Part shown: in pieces, positions 28,586 through 38,594 of the stretch | How the letters are laid out: the number at the start of each line of letters is the position of its first letter | How positions within the stretch are numbered: position 1 is the first letter of the stretch | Source: Calditrichales bacterium | GTDB taxonomy: Bacteria > Calditrichota > Calditrichia > Calditrichales > J004 | Reading direction: 5' to 3' | Length of the DNA: 64,000 nucleotides | Assembly: GCA_965267575.1 (NCBI GenBank) | Contig: OZ254086.1 | Coordinates: 416,001-480,000, forward strand | Notes under the pieces: generated by a model | The model's database searches: none | Told to the model about the DNA's origin: nothing | Seen by the model: only the letters and a program-made list of their open reading frames with translations | Position numbers and translations under genes: made by a program

Positions 28586-31500
28586 TTATCTGATTAAAAC
28601 CATCTTGCGCGAAGCAGTAAACAGCCTGGAGCGCAGGCTGTAAAAATAGACGCCGCTGGCTACCTGTTTTCCGCTGTCGTTTTTTCCATCCCAGGTAATT
28701 TTTGCAGTCCCGCTGGGCTGAACACCGTCCAGCAGCGTTTTAACCTGACGACCCAGAACATCATAAATAACCAGCTTTACGTTTGTTCCGTCGGCAAAAA
28801 AGGGCACATCCAGCAAGATCGTTGTTTGTGGGTTAAAGGGATTCGGGTAATTCTGATGCAGCTCAAAACGGGTTGGAAGCACCTGCGGTTCGAAGGCAGC
28901 ATCAGCACTGGCATACACCTTAAAATGCTGTGTCCCGGCAACGTCATCCAAAATAAAATTCTCACGCTCTTCCATGTTAAACCATTCCCCGCTTTCCAGA
29001 TGATACAGGAAGAAGTACATATTTCCAGCGGGTTTGAGATTTTCCCAGGTCATAACCGCTTCACTCTGCGCATCACCGACTTCCAGAATCAGGTCCCAGA
29101 TATAAGTATCGTCGCGCCCACTGTGCTTCTTTAACAACGTATTATAGATGCGACCGTTTTCGCTCGCAAAAAGACGCATGTTGTTTTCGATTGCCGGCGG
29201 TTCCAGAGATCCGCGCAGGTAAAACGGATAGCTTTCCGGCTGTGTGGTTACCCCGAAAATATTTTCCGTGTCGCTATATTTTCCATCATTTACGGCTATG
29301 CGAATGAGGGCATCCTCTTCCGGGCCGTACGAACCGGGTGCCGTCTTTTCAAGTGCGTCTTCTGAAGAAAGATAAGGTTGCGGATCATACCTCAGCGAAA
29401 GCTGCTGATCGGTTTCCACAAACAGCCAGTAACCAATGTGGTGCAGCATCAGATCATTCGTTACCTGTTCGTAGGGATCCTGCCCCGGAGGTGTGCCGGG
29501 CCGGTAGCGGTAAGTGCCGCCGTTTATCAATCCCTCGTTAAGGGCTTCTTCAAAGCTGTAGGAATTGCCGGCGGCCGTTTCAAACTGCGCGCGGCTCCAG
29601 CGAATCGACCAGGACCAGGGGCTGCCGATCATATTCCAGCCGCGCTGAAGTGCAATCGTGTATGGTTGTTCGCTGTTTAAAAAGTCAAAGCGGGACAAGT
29701 CTATCCGCTTTCGGTCGCGCGTAATTACCCAAAAGGCTTTGCCGGGTTTCAAGGAATCGATTGTCGCGTATTCATACATGCCGTTTTTCCAGAAACGCAG
29801 TTGCGTCTCCACATCCGGCGCGATGTCAACATCCGCAGACGTGACGCTGCGCGGAATCGTTCGCATCTGCCACAGGCGCCGCGCGATATTGAACTGCGAA
29901 GCATCCACGCGGAATTGCCAGGTCTGGCTGTTGGCGCCAAAGCCACCGTTAGCAGCGGTATCAAGCGCTGCCACTTCAAAAAAGTACCTGCCGTCTTCCA
30001 GCGGGAAAAAGTCAACGCCGTTCTGGTTCGTTGTATCCTGTTCTATCCAGGAAACATTATTATTTTCACCAACACGGCCAAAGCGATAGGCGTAGCTTAG
30101 AAGGCGCGTCGGCGTCCCGATACTGCTGAAGGTGCTGTCAAAACCTGTAAAGCGCATACTGGCGGCAGCCTGCAAAACCGTATCAGGTCTAAGGGAAGCA
30201 AAAATTGTCCTCGGCGCCATCAGGTCGCGGTAAGAAACAAACATATTCACGCTTAGTGCCTGCGTGATATCCTGATCTTCCACGGTGGAAAAAAGAACGT
30301 TTGTACTGTAGGTAGTGTCTCTTTCCAGGTCTTCACTGCTGAAACTCAGAAAGAAAACGGCATTCCCACCCACCTCAATTTCTCTCTGCGCCGGCGACAC
30401 CGTCAGCCAGTCCGGGCCGCTAAATTGCTGACGCACGGTAACCGGCAGCGTACCCAGGTTGCTTACCGTAACCGGACGACGCAATGTATCGCCTTGCCCC
30501 AACTGAACGTTCAGGCTGTCGGCCGCAAGGCCAAGGGCCAGGAAATCAAGCCTGCCACGCAGCGATTCCGTGTAAGCAAACGCTCCGCCGCCGGTATCAA
30601 TAAACGCAGCACGATAAAAATAATCACGGCCGAACTGGACCTGCTCATCCGTATAAGTCAGAACCTCTTTGCCAAGGATAGCAAGGATATTGGATGTATC
30701 CGGAGCAAAATCGTTGGTCTCGGATTTAAACAGAACGATACCGCTGCTCAGACTATCTTCCGCGGCAGCCTGCCAGTTAAAAACAATACTGCTGTCCACA
30801 ACCGTGGTCTGGATTTCGGGAACGCTTTCTGGCACAAAGGGTAGGCCAAGGTTGCCGTAAAAACCAATGTCGGAGCGTGAACTGCCGCTGCCATTGGTGA
30901 TCTGCGGGTCACCGGCATCGATCAGCGGCGAGCCCGGCGCCAGTTTGAGGTCGGCAAATCCGTCAATATCACTGCTTTCACCGATGGGATTGTACTGGAA
31001 GACAAAAAGCGGATTGGCATTAATGTTACCCGTTCCCGGTGTTACCCCTTGCGGGGCCTGGGCATTGGCAAAAAAGTTGTTGTACTCCAGCGTCACATTG
31101 CTGGATTGCGCGTCCAGCGGCGCGTTATTGCCCAGCAGGATCGTATTACGCACATCGGCAACAGCACCATTACGGAAAAAGAGCGCGCCGCCTCCAAGCT
31201 GTGCCAGCGAATCATTATTGGCGACAATGCTGTTCAGCACATTTACCTGGCTATCGTTGAAATAGCCGCCGTAGCGTGCGTTATCAAACAGGGCCGTATT
31301 CTCTATATCAAGGCGGGCTTTGTTTCGCGCAATAATACCCGCGCCGGAAAGATTGGTCACCTTAGGCCGGGCATTGGCCAGATAGACAAATTGCATTCCT
31401 GCGTAGCTGTCTTCCACGATTAAGTTGGCAAATAAATTACTGTCCACGGAACTGTAAAAGAGTGTCGCCTCGCTATTATCGCGCAGCGCCAATCCGCCGT

Positions 31501-34500
31501 TTTCTCCGAGTCCGCTCTGCCCGTTACGCGCCAGGCGGCTGTAATTCAGCGTCAGCTGGCTGTTAAAGGATTCAATACCAAAACTGCGGTTGCTGTCGGC
31601 AGAGACATCATTAAATTCTGCCAGCGCGTTTTCCAGCCGTACACCACGGTCATTGGCCGCAAAACGCGATCTTTCAAATATTGCGCCGCTGTTGATGACC
31701 TCGGCGCCCACGTTAAATTCGCGGCTTTCCAGGTCAAACGTGTACAGCGAATCGGTATTTTCTACCGCGAGTCCGCGTGCTTGCGGCAAAATACCGCGGT
31801 TGGCCAGATTGAGATAAGCCAATTGCACATTCGAAGCATTTTTTATATCCACAAGCCCGTCATAAACCAGCGCATCCGGTCCCGGAACCAGGAAAACGGA
31901 ATTGCTGTCTTCGGCGCTTATGGTTATGTCATGGCGGATACGCAGGTTTTCTTCATAAACGCCCGGCCGCACGGAAATAAAATCACCGGGAAAACTGCGT
32001 TGCACGGCCTGGCCGATGGTCCCAAAAGGATTGGAAATTGTACCGTCACCGTCCTGCTGACCGGCTTCAACATAAAGTATGCTCTGGGGACGTGAAGCAT
32101 TTTCAAAAAGCTGCCAGGAGGTCTGCCCCTGGTTATTGCTGTAAATCAAAATGTCCAGGTCATCGTCGCCGTCAAAATCGGCTGCCACTATTTTTTGCGG
32201 GGCCAGGGCGGTATTAAGTGTTTGCGTGGAGAAAGATCCATCCGCGTTACTAAGCAGAAGTTCAATGGTGTTGTTATCCAGGCCGGTCAGGATATCGGCA
32301 CGACCGTCGGAGCTTATGTCGGCGGATTCCAGCGCGATCACATTGGCACCAAAGCTGCCACCGTCAAAGGTTTCAATCAATGCGCCTTCTTCATCCACAT
32401 TATAGCCCTTCAGCAAGTCATTGCCGCCGTTGTTGCCGGCAATAATTATTTCTCTCCGATTGCTGAAAACGTCACTTTCCGCAATATTGGCGCTGATCAT
32501 TTTTTTCTGCGTCGCCAGACCGCCGGGCATGGGAAAATCCAGCTCGTATGAACCCTTGCGATTATGGATTAAAGCCAGCGTGCCGGGCCCGTCACCGCGG
32601 GTGCTCACCAGGTCAAACAGTCCGTCGCCATCCCAATCCAGGCTGGCCAGGGCGTCGGCATTACCATTCAACGCGTCGGCCACAAAAGTATCCAGACTAT
32701 AGCCGCCCTCGCTGCTGCCAAAAGCGAGATCAAACTGGCGGAAGCTGCCGAAATCGCGCAACAGCGCAAAATCGACAATGCCGTCATTGTTAAAATCGGC
32801 AATATACACATCACGCAACGTAGAACCGCCACCGAGGGCGCGGGTAAACAGAGGCGAAGCGGCAAACCCGCTCAGCGGGTCATAGCGGTAGGCGCGCATC
32901 TCATTGTCGCGCAATAAAACAGCCTCCATCGCTCCGTCATTGTCCAGATCGACGCTGCGCAGCATGGTGTATGCTTCGGTCAGGTTAAGTGCGTCAAGCG
33001 ATTGAAAGCCGCTGTCGGTCCGTTTATAGGCCTGCAGCGAGTTGGGTTCCAGCGCCAGCAGCTCCACTTGCGCATCTTCATCGAGATTGGCTGTGGCATA
33101 TTGTCGGGTGCCGCTGAGACCGGAACTCTGATCGACCGGGGCAAATCCGCCACTGCCGCGGAAAGCGCCGCGGTTAAGGCTCCAGCTGTAACCGTTTATA
33201 AAACTGGCACCCTCCGCCGTCTTAACCGAATCCGTCAGCGTCAGCTCGATGGTTTCGCCGGCTGCAAAGGCTTTTTGCCCCTCAATGTACAGAATGTCTT
33301 TCTGATCATCATAGCTCAGGTCTACCGCACTTTGCCCGCTCAGACGTCCGCGCATAAAAACACTGCCATCATTTAAGGTCGCCGGATTCATCTTCTGTTG
33401 AAAAAGAACACGTAGCGGCACGTTGGCGCCCAGGTCATAGCGGTTTGGTCGCGGATCAACCAGCACCAGCGTGTCTTCAGCCCCGAACAATAAGCCCAGT
33501 GAAAAAACGGCATTTTGAAAGCTGTCAACCGTCGTACTGAAGGCGTTTCCCTCGCTTCCAAACTGAGTGGTACTAACCTCATTCCAATTACCGTTCAGCC
33601 GAAAAACAGTGATATTTTCAGCCACCGGATTGCCCAGCCTGTCCAGTTCCGAACCGTCCAGGAAAAAGGTCAGCTCACTGCCATCAGGATCAAATCCGAC
33701 GCCATCCATGCCGAACTGGTAATACTTGGGCAAATGGTCCTTTCCAGGAATGCTGAAATTGCTGTCAGGGTCAACGGTGAACGTAAACAGGCTGTCGCCG
33801 CGCGGCGAAAAAAAGCCGTCCTGCTGGGCCGACCGGATAAAGCCGTCGGCAAACCACAGCTTTTGCTGCCCGGCAAAAAGCTTCTGACTGATTTCCACAG
33901 GCTCGCTGGCAAAATTTGTCCAGGAATTATTTATGCTCGGTATATCAAGCTGATTACCGACCAGCGTCTGATCCGTGGATCCCCAGTAATTGTTTTCCAG
34001 CCGCAAGCTGCTGATGGACAGTTCTGAAAAAATATTATTCAACCCGTTGCGGGCGCGGTTATGAAAGAGGTTGTTTTGCGTACCGGAGCCACCACCCAGC
34101 GAGAAAGAGTTGGCGCCGTTAATATAAATAGCTCCGCCCTCGTCCGCGGCAGAGTTTCCGCTGATCTGGTTTGACCAGACATTAATCGCCGCCGTGCCCA
34201 TGGTTGAAAAGGCAAATGCCCCGCCATGCTGCCCGGCGCGGTTGGCCAGTACGATGTTATCGGAGAGGATCAACGGTGAGGTTTGCATAGCGTAAACGGC
34301 CGCCCCGTCCAGTTGCGCTTCGTTTTCTGCAAAAACATTATCGCGGAATTGCGTAAAGGACGAGAGTGCATTTCCGTTATAGTACAAAGCCCCGCCCGAG
34401 GCGCCGGCGGAATTGCCGGCAAAAACATTATTGGCATAGGTATGATTGATATCTGTCTCAATACTCTGCGAGAGTATTTGCACAGCACCGCCGTCCTGGG

Positions 34501-35248
34501 CGCTGTTACCGTAAAAGCGGTTTTTGTCCACAAGTACGTCAAAGCAGTTTTTTAAGGCGATTGCGCCACCGCCAAGGGCCGCATTGTTGCCGGAAAAGTA
34601 GTTATTCTCCACGAGGATCGTGGCGTTCTCAGCAAAAATTGCTGCACCGCTTTGAGCGCTGTTGGAAAGAAAAAAGCTGTTGCGTATGCTGCTTCGTGCC
34701 ACCGAGCCGAAATAATAAACAGCCCCGCCTTCTGCGCCCGGATTGTTGTTGTTTTCAAAACGGCAGCCGTCGATCAGCAGGTCACCATCCGATGAAAAAT
34801 CGCAGTAAACGCCCGGACCGTCAACACCATTGGCGTGTGAAATTTTCAGATCTTTCAGCTCGATCAGTGCGGCGGGAGCGCCATCCTGGCCATTGGCCAA
34901 CGGAATATTAAAGATATCGATGGCTGGACCTGCCGCCGGTGCTTCAATCAGAGCGCTGTCACCAATAGCCGCGTCGGCCGAGATTAAAGCACGGGGCCCG
35001 GTGAGGGCGGCATTGATCTGGATATTCTCGCTGTAGGTACCGCCGCGCAGCCACAGCGTGTCGGCGTTGCTCTGACCCAGCGCAAAACCGATGGTCTGAT
35101 AAGGGTTAAGTTGCGTGCCGTCGCCGGTCTCGTCATCGCCCGAAGGGCTGACCCAAACGCTGCCGGCTAAGAGCGGAGTAAATCCGTTCACTCCAATAAG
35201 GCAGATGCATCCAAGCAAGAGACGGCAAAGTAATGATTTCATATGCAT
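28586..35248 (-). CDS. Giant adhesin-like T9SS cargo protein (DUF1565/beta-helix, Ig, FG-GAP propeller, second beta-helix, Fn3/Ig, CTD)
   Basis: VSPSGDD..GDGT..NPY motif and about 8 FxxN/GGA(I/V) repeats; Big_5-like domain; several D(L/F/W)D.DG..D repeats; second GDGTISNPF motif with beta-helix; NYPNPFNPQTTI CTD. Confidence 0.85.
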   Translation of the reverse strand: MHMKSLLCRLLLGCICLIGVNGFTPLLAGSVWVSPSGDDETGDGTQLNPYQTIGFALGQSNADTLWLRGGTYSENIQINAALTGPRALISADAAIGDSALIEAPAAGPAIDIFNIPLANGQDGAPAALIELKDLKISHANGVDGPGVYCDFSSDGDLLIDGCRFENNNNPGAEGGAVYYFGSVARSSIRNSFFLSNSAQSGAAIFAENATILVENNYFSGNNAALGGGAIALKNCFDVLVDKNRFYGNSAQDGGAVQILSQSIETDINHTYANNVFAGNSAGASGGALYYNGNALSSFTQFRDNVFAENEAQLDGAAVYAMQTSPLILSDNIVLANRAGQHGGAFAFSTMGTAAINVWSNQISGNSAADEGGAIYINGANSFSLGGGSGTQNNLFHNRARNGLNNIFSELSISSLRLENNYWGSTDQTLVGNQLDIPSINNSWTNFASEPVEISQKLFAGQQKLWFADGFIRSAQQDGFFSPRGDSLFTFTVDPDSNFSIPGKDHLPKYYQFGMDGVGFDPDGSELTFFLDGSELDRLGNPVAENITVFRLNGNWNEVSTTQFGSEGNAFSTTVDSFQNAVFSLGLLFGAEDTLVLVDPRPNRYDLGANVPLRVLFQQKMNPATLNDGSVFMRGRLSGQSAVDLSYDDQKDILYIEGQKAFAAGETIELTLTDSVKTAEGASFINGYSWSLNRGAFRGSGGFAPVDQSSGLSGTRQYATANLDEDAQVELLALEPNSLQAYKRTDSGFQSLDALNLTEAYTMLRSVDLDNDGAMEAVLLRDNEMRAYRYDPLSGFAASPLFTRALGGGSTLRDVYIADFNNDGIVDFALLRDFGSFRQFDLAFGSSEGGYSLDTFVADALNGNADALASLDWDGDGLFDLVSTRGDGPGTLALIHNRKGSYELDFPMPGGLATQKKMISANIAESDVFSNRREIIIAGNNGGNDLLKGYNVDEEGALIETFDGGSFGANVIALESADISSDGRADILTGLDNNTIELLLSNADGSFSTQTLNTALAPQKIVAADFDGDDDLDILIYSNNQGQTSWQLFENASRPQSILYVEAGQQDGDGTISNPFGTIGQAVQRSFPGDFISVRPGVYEENLRIRHDITISAEDSNSVFLVPGPDALVYDGLVDIKNASNVQLAYLNLANRGILPQARGLAVENTDSLYTFDLESREFNVGAEVINSGAIFERSRFAANDRGVRLENALAEFNDVSADSNRSFGIESFNSQLTLNYSRLARNGQSGLGENGGLALRDNSEATLFYSSVDSNLFANLIVEDSYAGMQFVYLANARPKVTNLSGAGIIARNKARLDIENTALFDNARYGGYFNDSQVNVLNSIVANNDSLAQLGGGALFFRNGAVADVRNTILLGNNAPLDAQSSNVTLEYNNFFANAQAPQGVTPGTGNINANPLFVFQYNPIGESSDIDGFADLKLAPGSPLIDAGDPQITNGSGSSRSDIGFYGNLGLPFVPESVPEIQTTVVDSSIVFNWQAAAEDSLSSGIVLFKSETNDFAPDTSNILAILGKEVLTYTDEQVQFGRDYFYRAAFIDTGGGAFAYTESLRGRLDFLALGLAADSLNVQLGQGDTLRRPVTVSNLGTLPVTVRQQFSGPDWLTVSPAQREIEVGGNAVFFLSFSSEDLERDTTYSTNVLFSTVEDQDITQALSVNMFVSYRDLMAPRTIFASLRPDTVLQAAASMRFTGFDSTFSSIGTPTRLLSYAYRFGRVGENNNVSWIEQDTTNQNGVDFFPLEDGRYFFEVAALDTAANGGFGANSQTWQFRVDASQFNIARRLWQMRTIPRSVTSADVDIAPDVETQLRFWKNGMYEYATIDSLKPGKAFWVITRDRKRIDLSRFDFLNSEQPYTIALQRGWNMIGSPWSWSIRWSRAQFETAAGNSYSFEEALNEGLINGGTYRYRPGTPPGQDPYEQVTNDLMLHHIGYWLFVETDQQLSLRYDPQPYLSSEDALEKTAPGSYGPEEDALIRIAVNDGKYSDTENIFGVTTQPESYPFYLRGSLEPPAIENNMRLFASENGRIYNTLLKKHSGRDDTYIWDLILEVGDAQSEAVMTWENLKPAGNMYFFLYHLESGEWFNMEERENFILDDVAGTQHFKVYASADAAFEPQVLPTRFELHQNYPNPFNPQTTILLDVPFFADGTNVKLVIYDVLGRQVKTLLDGVQPSGTAKITWDGKNDSGKQVASGVYFYSLRSRLFTASRKMVLIR

Positions 35249-35394
35249 TGCCTTTCCTGGACTATGTCTATGGTAAACAACCTATTATGGAAGATTCCGG
35301 CTTCGCGCTCAATGACGGTTATCACAGTGTTTGTAAGGCCTTGAAGGGGACCGGAAATAAAACAAAATTATGTTATGGAAGCTGTGCAGATTCT

Positions 35395-36132
35395 TTACAG
35401 AATGTTACGGTATATGGTGTACATTTTCCAGATATTGTCAACATAGTTGATAGTTTCATTATAGCCGTAAAAATAGCCGTACCGTGGTTTGCCTTCGGGC
35501 CAGACCTGCAGATGCAGTTGCCAGTCGCTGCGTTTGAGCATGCTGAGATAGGGCTTAACGGTGCCCCAGCGGTTCAGTGGCTGACGGTTGTAATCGGCAA
35601 TAGCCTGGGCATCCAGCACGCGGCCAACGCCGGCATTGTAGCTGGCCAGCGCCAGGCGCGTCCGTTCGGACCATGTCGCGTCAGGGAAATAGCGCATTTG
35701 TTTGTTAAGGTGGTAAATACCGGCCGTAATATTTTCGCGGGGATTTTTCATGATATACTGGATATCCAGTTCACGGCTGATCTCGCGGGCCGTATAAGGC
35801 ATCAGTTGCATCAGGCCGCGGGCACCGGCATGGCTGCGCGCCTTTTCGCGGAAACCCGATTCCTGAACAATCTGTGCCGCTATCAGACGCCAGTCAAACC
35901 CGTAACGTTTAGCGTATTTTTTTATGATCGGCTTATATTTCTTAATGGACCGGCCCAGGTTGCTGCTGTATAGCTCGTGGCGAAGATTGTCGTACCTGCG
36001 CTTGTCCGCCAGGCGCTTCTCCACCTGAAGCAGCAGGCTGTCTTTCTCCCCGCCCGAAACCATCCCTTCCGGGGGCTTCACCTTGCACGCGCCAAGCATT
36101 ACGGCGCAGATAAGAATTAAGACTATTCTCAT
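35395..36132 (-). CDS. Lytic transglycosylase (SLT domain, MltF-like) lipoprotein
   Basis: Lipobox LGAC, QESGF catalytic Glu, GARGLMQLMP, ASYNAG, ETINYV. Confidence 0.9.
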   Translation of the reverse strand: MRIVLILICAVMLGACKVKPPEGMVSGGEKDSLLLQVEKRLADKRRYDNLRHELYSSNLGRSIKKYKPIIKKYAKRYGFDWRLIAAQIVQESGFREKARSHAGARGLMQLMPYTAREISRELDIQYIMKNPRENITAGIYHLNKQMRYFPDATWSERTRLALASYNAGVGRVLDAQAIADYNRQPLNRWGTVKPYLSMLKRSDWQLHLQVWPEGKPRYGYFYGYNETINYVDNIWKMYTIYRNIL

Positions 36133-36372
36133 TTAGTTCAGACTCATTCCAATAATCAAACCAACGATCAAACCGATCATTATAAAAATGCCCGAGACAA
36201 CAACACCAACGGCCAGATTGCCTTTTTCCAGTTCGTTGGGGATATCAAAACGGGTCGCCCTGTTTACCAGCTTATATGTTGATATCGACGCAATTATTCC
36301 GATTATTACGCCCAGTACCGCGTAAATAAAATTGCGAATCATTATAAAATCGAGCCAATCCATCTCCATCAT
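36133..36372 (-). CDS. Small membrane protein, DUF350-like
   Basis: Two TMs flanking the ELEKGNLAVG motif. Confidence 0.8.
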   Translation of the reverse strand: MMEMDWLDFIMIRNFIYAVLGVIIGIIASISTYKLVNRATRFDIPNELEKGNLAVGVVVSGIFIMIGLIVGLIIGMSLN

Positions 36373-36405
36373 GCGTCCCCTGATTTTTGAATTATAAGAG
36401 AATGC

Positions 36406-36434
36406 AGTTTAGTTATTTTTGATTTTCTTGTCAA
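36406..36434 (-). promoter_or_regulatory. Sigma70-type promoter for the DUF350-SLT genes
   Basis: TTGACA-N17-TAAACT overlapping the DUF2851 3' end. Confidence 0.65.
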
Positions 36435-37698
36435 TTTGTCCGCCCGGAATATGACCCAGCGGACAGCCCGCGCAACCGCCCAGGCGACAGTGATAACGAT
36501 TGAGCTGCAAAAAGGCCTGGCCATGATGAAAAGCACGGTAGAGTTTTTCATATTGCGCCATCCAGCCGGCATCGCGCAGCTCGGCGTAAGCGGGACGCCC
36601 CGGCAGCCACAGATATAATGCTTTTAAATAGTCTTCGAAACCTTTACTGCCCCGGGCGCGGGCACGGGCCATAAAAAGCGGTATCCAGACATTGGCTAAG
36701 ATTTCCGTAAAACGCCCCCGGCCGATAATGCTCCGCTGACCGGACGCGCCCCGCAGCAAGCCGGCCCGTTCCAGAAACGGCGGCGGCTCAAGGGCCATGT
36801 GGCTGTACAGGGACTTAAAAAGCTCACCATAGGCCATGCGCGCTTCCAACCCTCTTAGAACAGCGTGGTAAAGACCATCAAGGCCATACATGGCCGTCCA
36901 GGTAATCCAGCAGGCTAGCCGGCGCAAGGGATGATTGTGCGGCCTCTGGGCGGCAAAAACCCAGTCGTCAGAACTGAGCGATCCCTGGGTTAAATACGAA
37001 CGGGCGGAGCGGTAGCGCCGGCGCAAAAGGGTTTTACAGGCACCGGAAGGCAGCTGTTCCAGCAAACCGGCCTGCCCAAGATAGAGGGCGGCTGCCGGCG
37101 CCGGCCCGGTGGCAGTGCGCACGGTATAGGCGGGAACGGCGCGGGCCAGACGGGCAAAGGCCTGCGTATTGGATGGAAACCCCAAAGCAGCCAGTGTTTT
37201 TTCATAAAAGAGTTGTTGCGGCCGGCTGCCGCAAAGCCCTTCGCTAAAATCGCGGATACGCCAGTGCAAACGCTGCAGGGCCAGCTTTTCCAGGCGGGAG
37301 CCGGTTTGCGCGGAACCCGGCGCAAAACGCGGTGTGCAGGAACGTACCGGCTGCATCGCCGAAAGCGGCAAAGCAAAACTGGGAATCGATCGTTTTGAGC
37401 CCTGGTGGTAGACCGGCTCTTCATTTTCGCCGGGCCCCACAATGTGCAACACAACATGACGATAGTGCCCGTCCAGGTGGTGGCCGTGGCTGTACCATTC
37501 GCGGGTGCGGCGGTGCATTTCCACCTGACCCACGTAGCGGATGCCGTCCAGCTCAAAACTGGCGTCGCTGAAATCCGGACCGTTCTGGCGGTTGAGCGCA
37601 CCCGGATGAAGGATGCGCAGCGTACGCGGACCGCTCTTCAACAGGGTGGATTGGCGTGCGTGTGCAAGCCAGGCACCGTAAAGTTGTTCTTCTTGCAC
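36409..37698 (-). CDS. DUF2851 family protein
   Basis: HPG.LN..NGPDF..A, GQVEMH, W..HGH..D..Y..VVLHIV, RPHNHP..RLA, C-terminal C...C..CP. Confidence 0.85.
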   Translation of the reverse strand: MQEEQLYGAWLAHARQSTLLKSGPRTLRILHPGALNRQNGPDFSDASFELDGIRYVGQVEMHRRTREWYSHGHHLDGHYRHVVLHIVGPGENEEPVYHQGSKRSIPSFALPLSAMQPVRSCTPRFAPGSAQTGSRLEKLALQRLHWRIRDFSEGLCGSRPQQLFYEKTLAALGFPSNTQAFARLARAVPAYTVRTATGPAPAAALYLGQAGLLEQLPSGACKTLLRRRYRSARSYLTQGSLSSDDWVFAAQRPHNHPLRRLACWITWTAMYGLDGLYHAVLRGLEARMAYGELFKSLYSHMALEPPPFLERAGLLRGASGQRSIIGRGRFTEILANVWIPLFMARARARGSKGFEDYLKALYLWLPGRPAYAELRDAGWMAQYEKLYRAFHHGQAFLQLNRYHCRLGGCAGCPLGHIPGGQIDKKIKNN

Positions 37699-37761
37699 TA
37701 TTTTTAACCGGCTTGTATATTCCGTTCAAAATAAACAATAACAATCGCGATAATATAACAT

Positions 37762-38139
37762 ATGGATTACCGCATTTCAAACACAATAGACGCGCAGCAT
37801 GTGATCGCGGCACGCATAGACCGTTTGCGCGAAGAGAAGGGCATGACGCAGCTGCAACTGGCCCGGGCGTTGAATATCAGTCAGCCCGCGGTGAGCAAAT
37901 ACCTGGCCGACCGCCTGCCCCCGGCTGATGTGTTATGGAAGCTGGCAAAACTGGGTGATACGACGATAGAATGGTTGCTGACAGGCCGGCATACGCACAT
38001 CGGGGACGGAACCGCGGAACCTGCAAGCCCATACGGCAATGATCCCGATCTGCGGCTGGCGCGACGCATCAGCGCCCTGCCCGCCCCGTTGAAGCAGGCC
38101 TTTGTAACGCTGCTAAATGCTTTCGATCAGCGCGGGTAA
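37762..38139 (+). CDS. XRE-family HTH transcriptional regulator
   Basis: LREEKGMTQLQLARALNISQPAVSKY...TIEWLLTG. Confidence 0.88.
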   Translation: MDYRISNTIDAQHVIAARIDRLREEKGMTQLQLARALNISQPAVSKYLADRLPPADVLWKLAKLGDTTIEWLLTGRHTHIGDGTAEPASPYGNDPDLRLARRISALPAPLKQAFVTLLNAFDQRG

Positions 38140-38594
38140 CGTCGGGCGCCTGCATAATGCTCGGTGTAATACTCTTCTTCCAGCTTTGAGATGATAACGC
38201 CGTTGCTGCTGGAAGCGTGGGCAAACCTCCCGGCCCCGAGATAAATCCCGACATGGTCAATACCGCGGCCGCGTATATTGCGGAAAAACAGAAGATCGCC
38301 GCATTGCAGCCAGCCGCCGCGCACCCACGACCCCGAACCATACTGCTGCTCCGTGGTGCGGGGCAATTGAAAACCATAAACGTCGCCATAAACGATCTGC
38401 ACAAAAGCGGAGCAATCCAGACCGTCCCGGTCATTTCCGCCATAACGATAAGGTGTGCCCAACCAGTGGCTGACGGCCTGCTCGAGGAGGCGGCATTCGT
38501 CGCGCGGGGTTTCGTTAAAACTGCGCCGCGGGGAAGATGCGGCACAGGAATAAAGGATAAAAAATACAGCAAACAGCGAAAACGATCTTACCAT
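38127..38594 (-). CDS. NlpC/P60 (C40) peptidoglycan endopeptidase lipoprotein
   Basis: Lipobox LYSC, GTPYRYGG, GLDCS, HVGIY, HAS. Confidence 0.92.
   Translation of the reverse strand: MVRSFSLFAVFFILYSCAASSPRRSFNETPRDECRLLEQAVSHWLGTPYRYGGNDRDGLDCSAFVQIVYGDVYGFQLPRTTEQQYGSGSWVRGGWLQCGDLLFFRNIRGRGIDHVGIYLGAGRFAHASSSNGVIISKLEEEYYTEHYAGARRYPR

Noticed and set aside
37762-38139. Prophage repressor or antitoxin
   Set aside because: No phage genes, peptidase domain or adjacent toxin.
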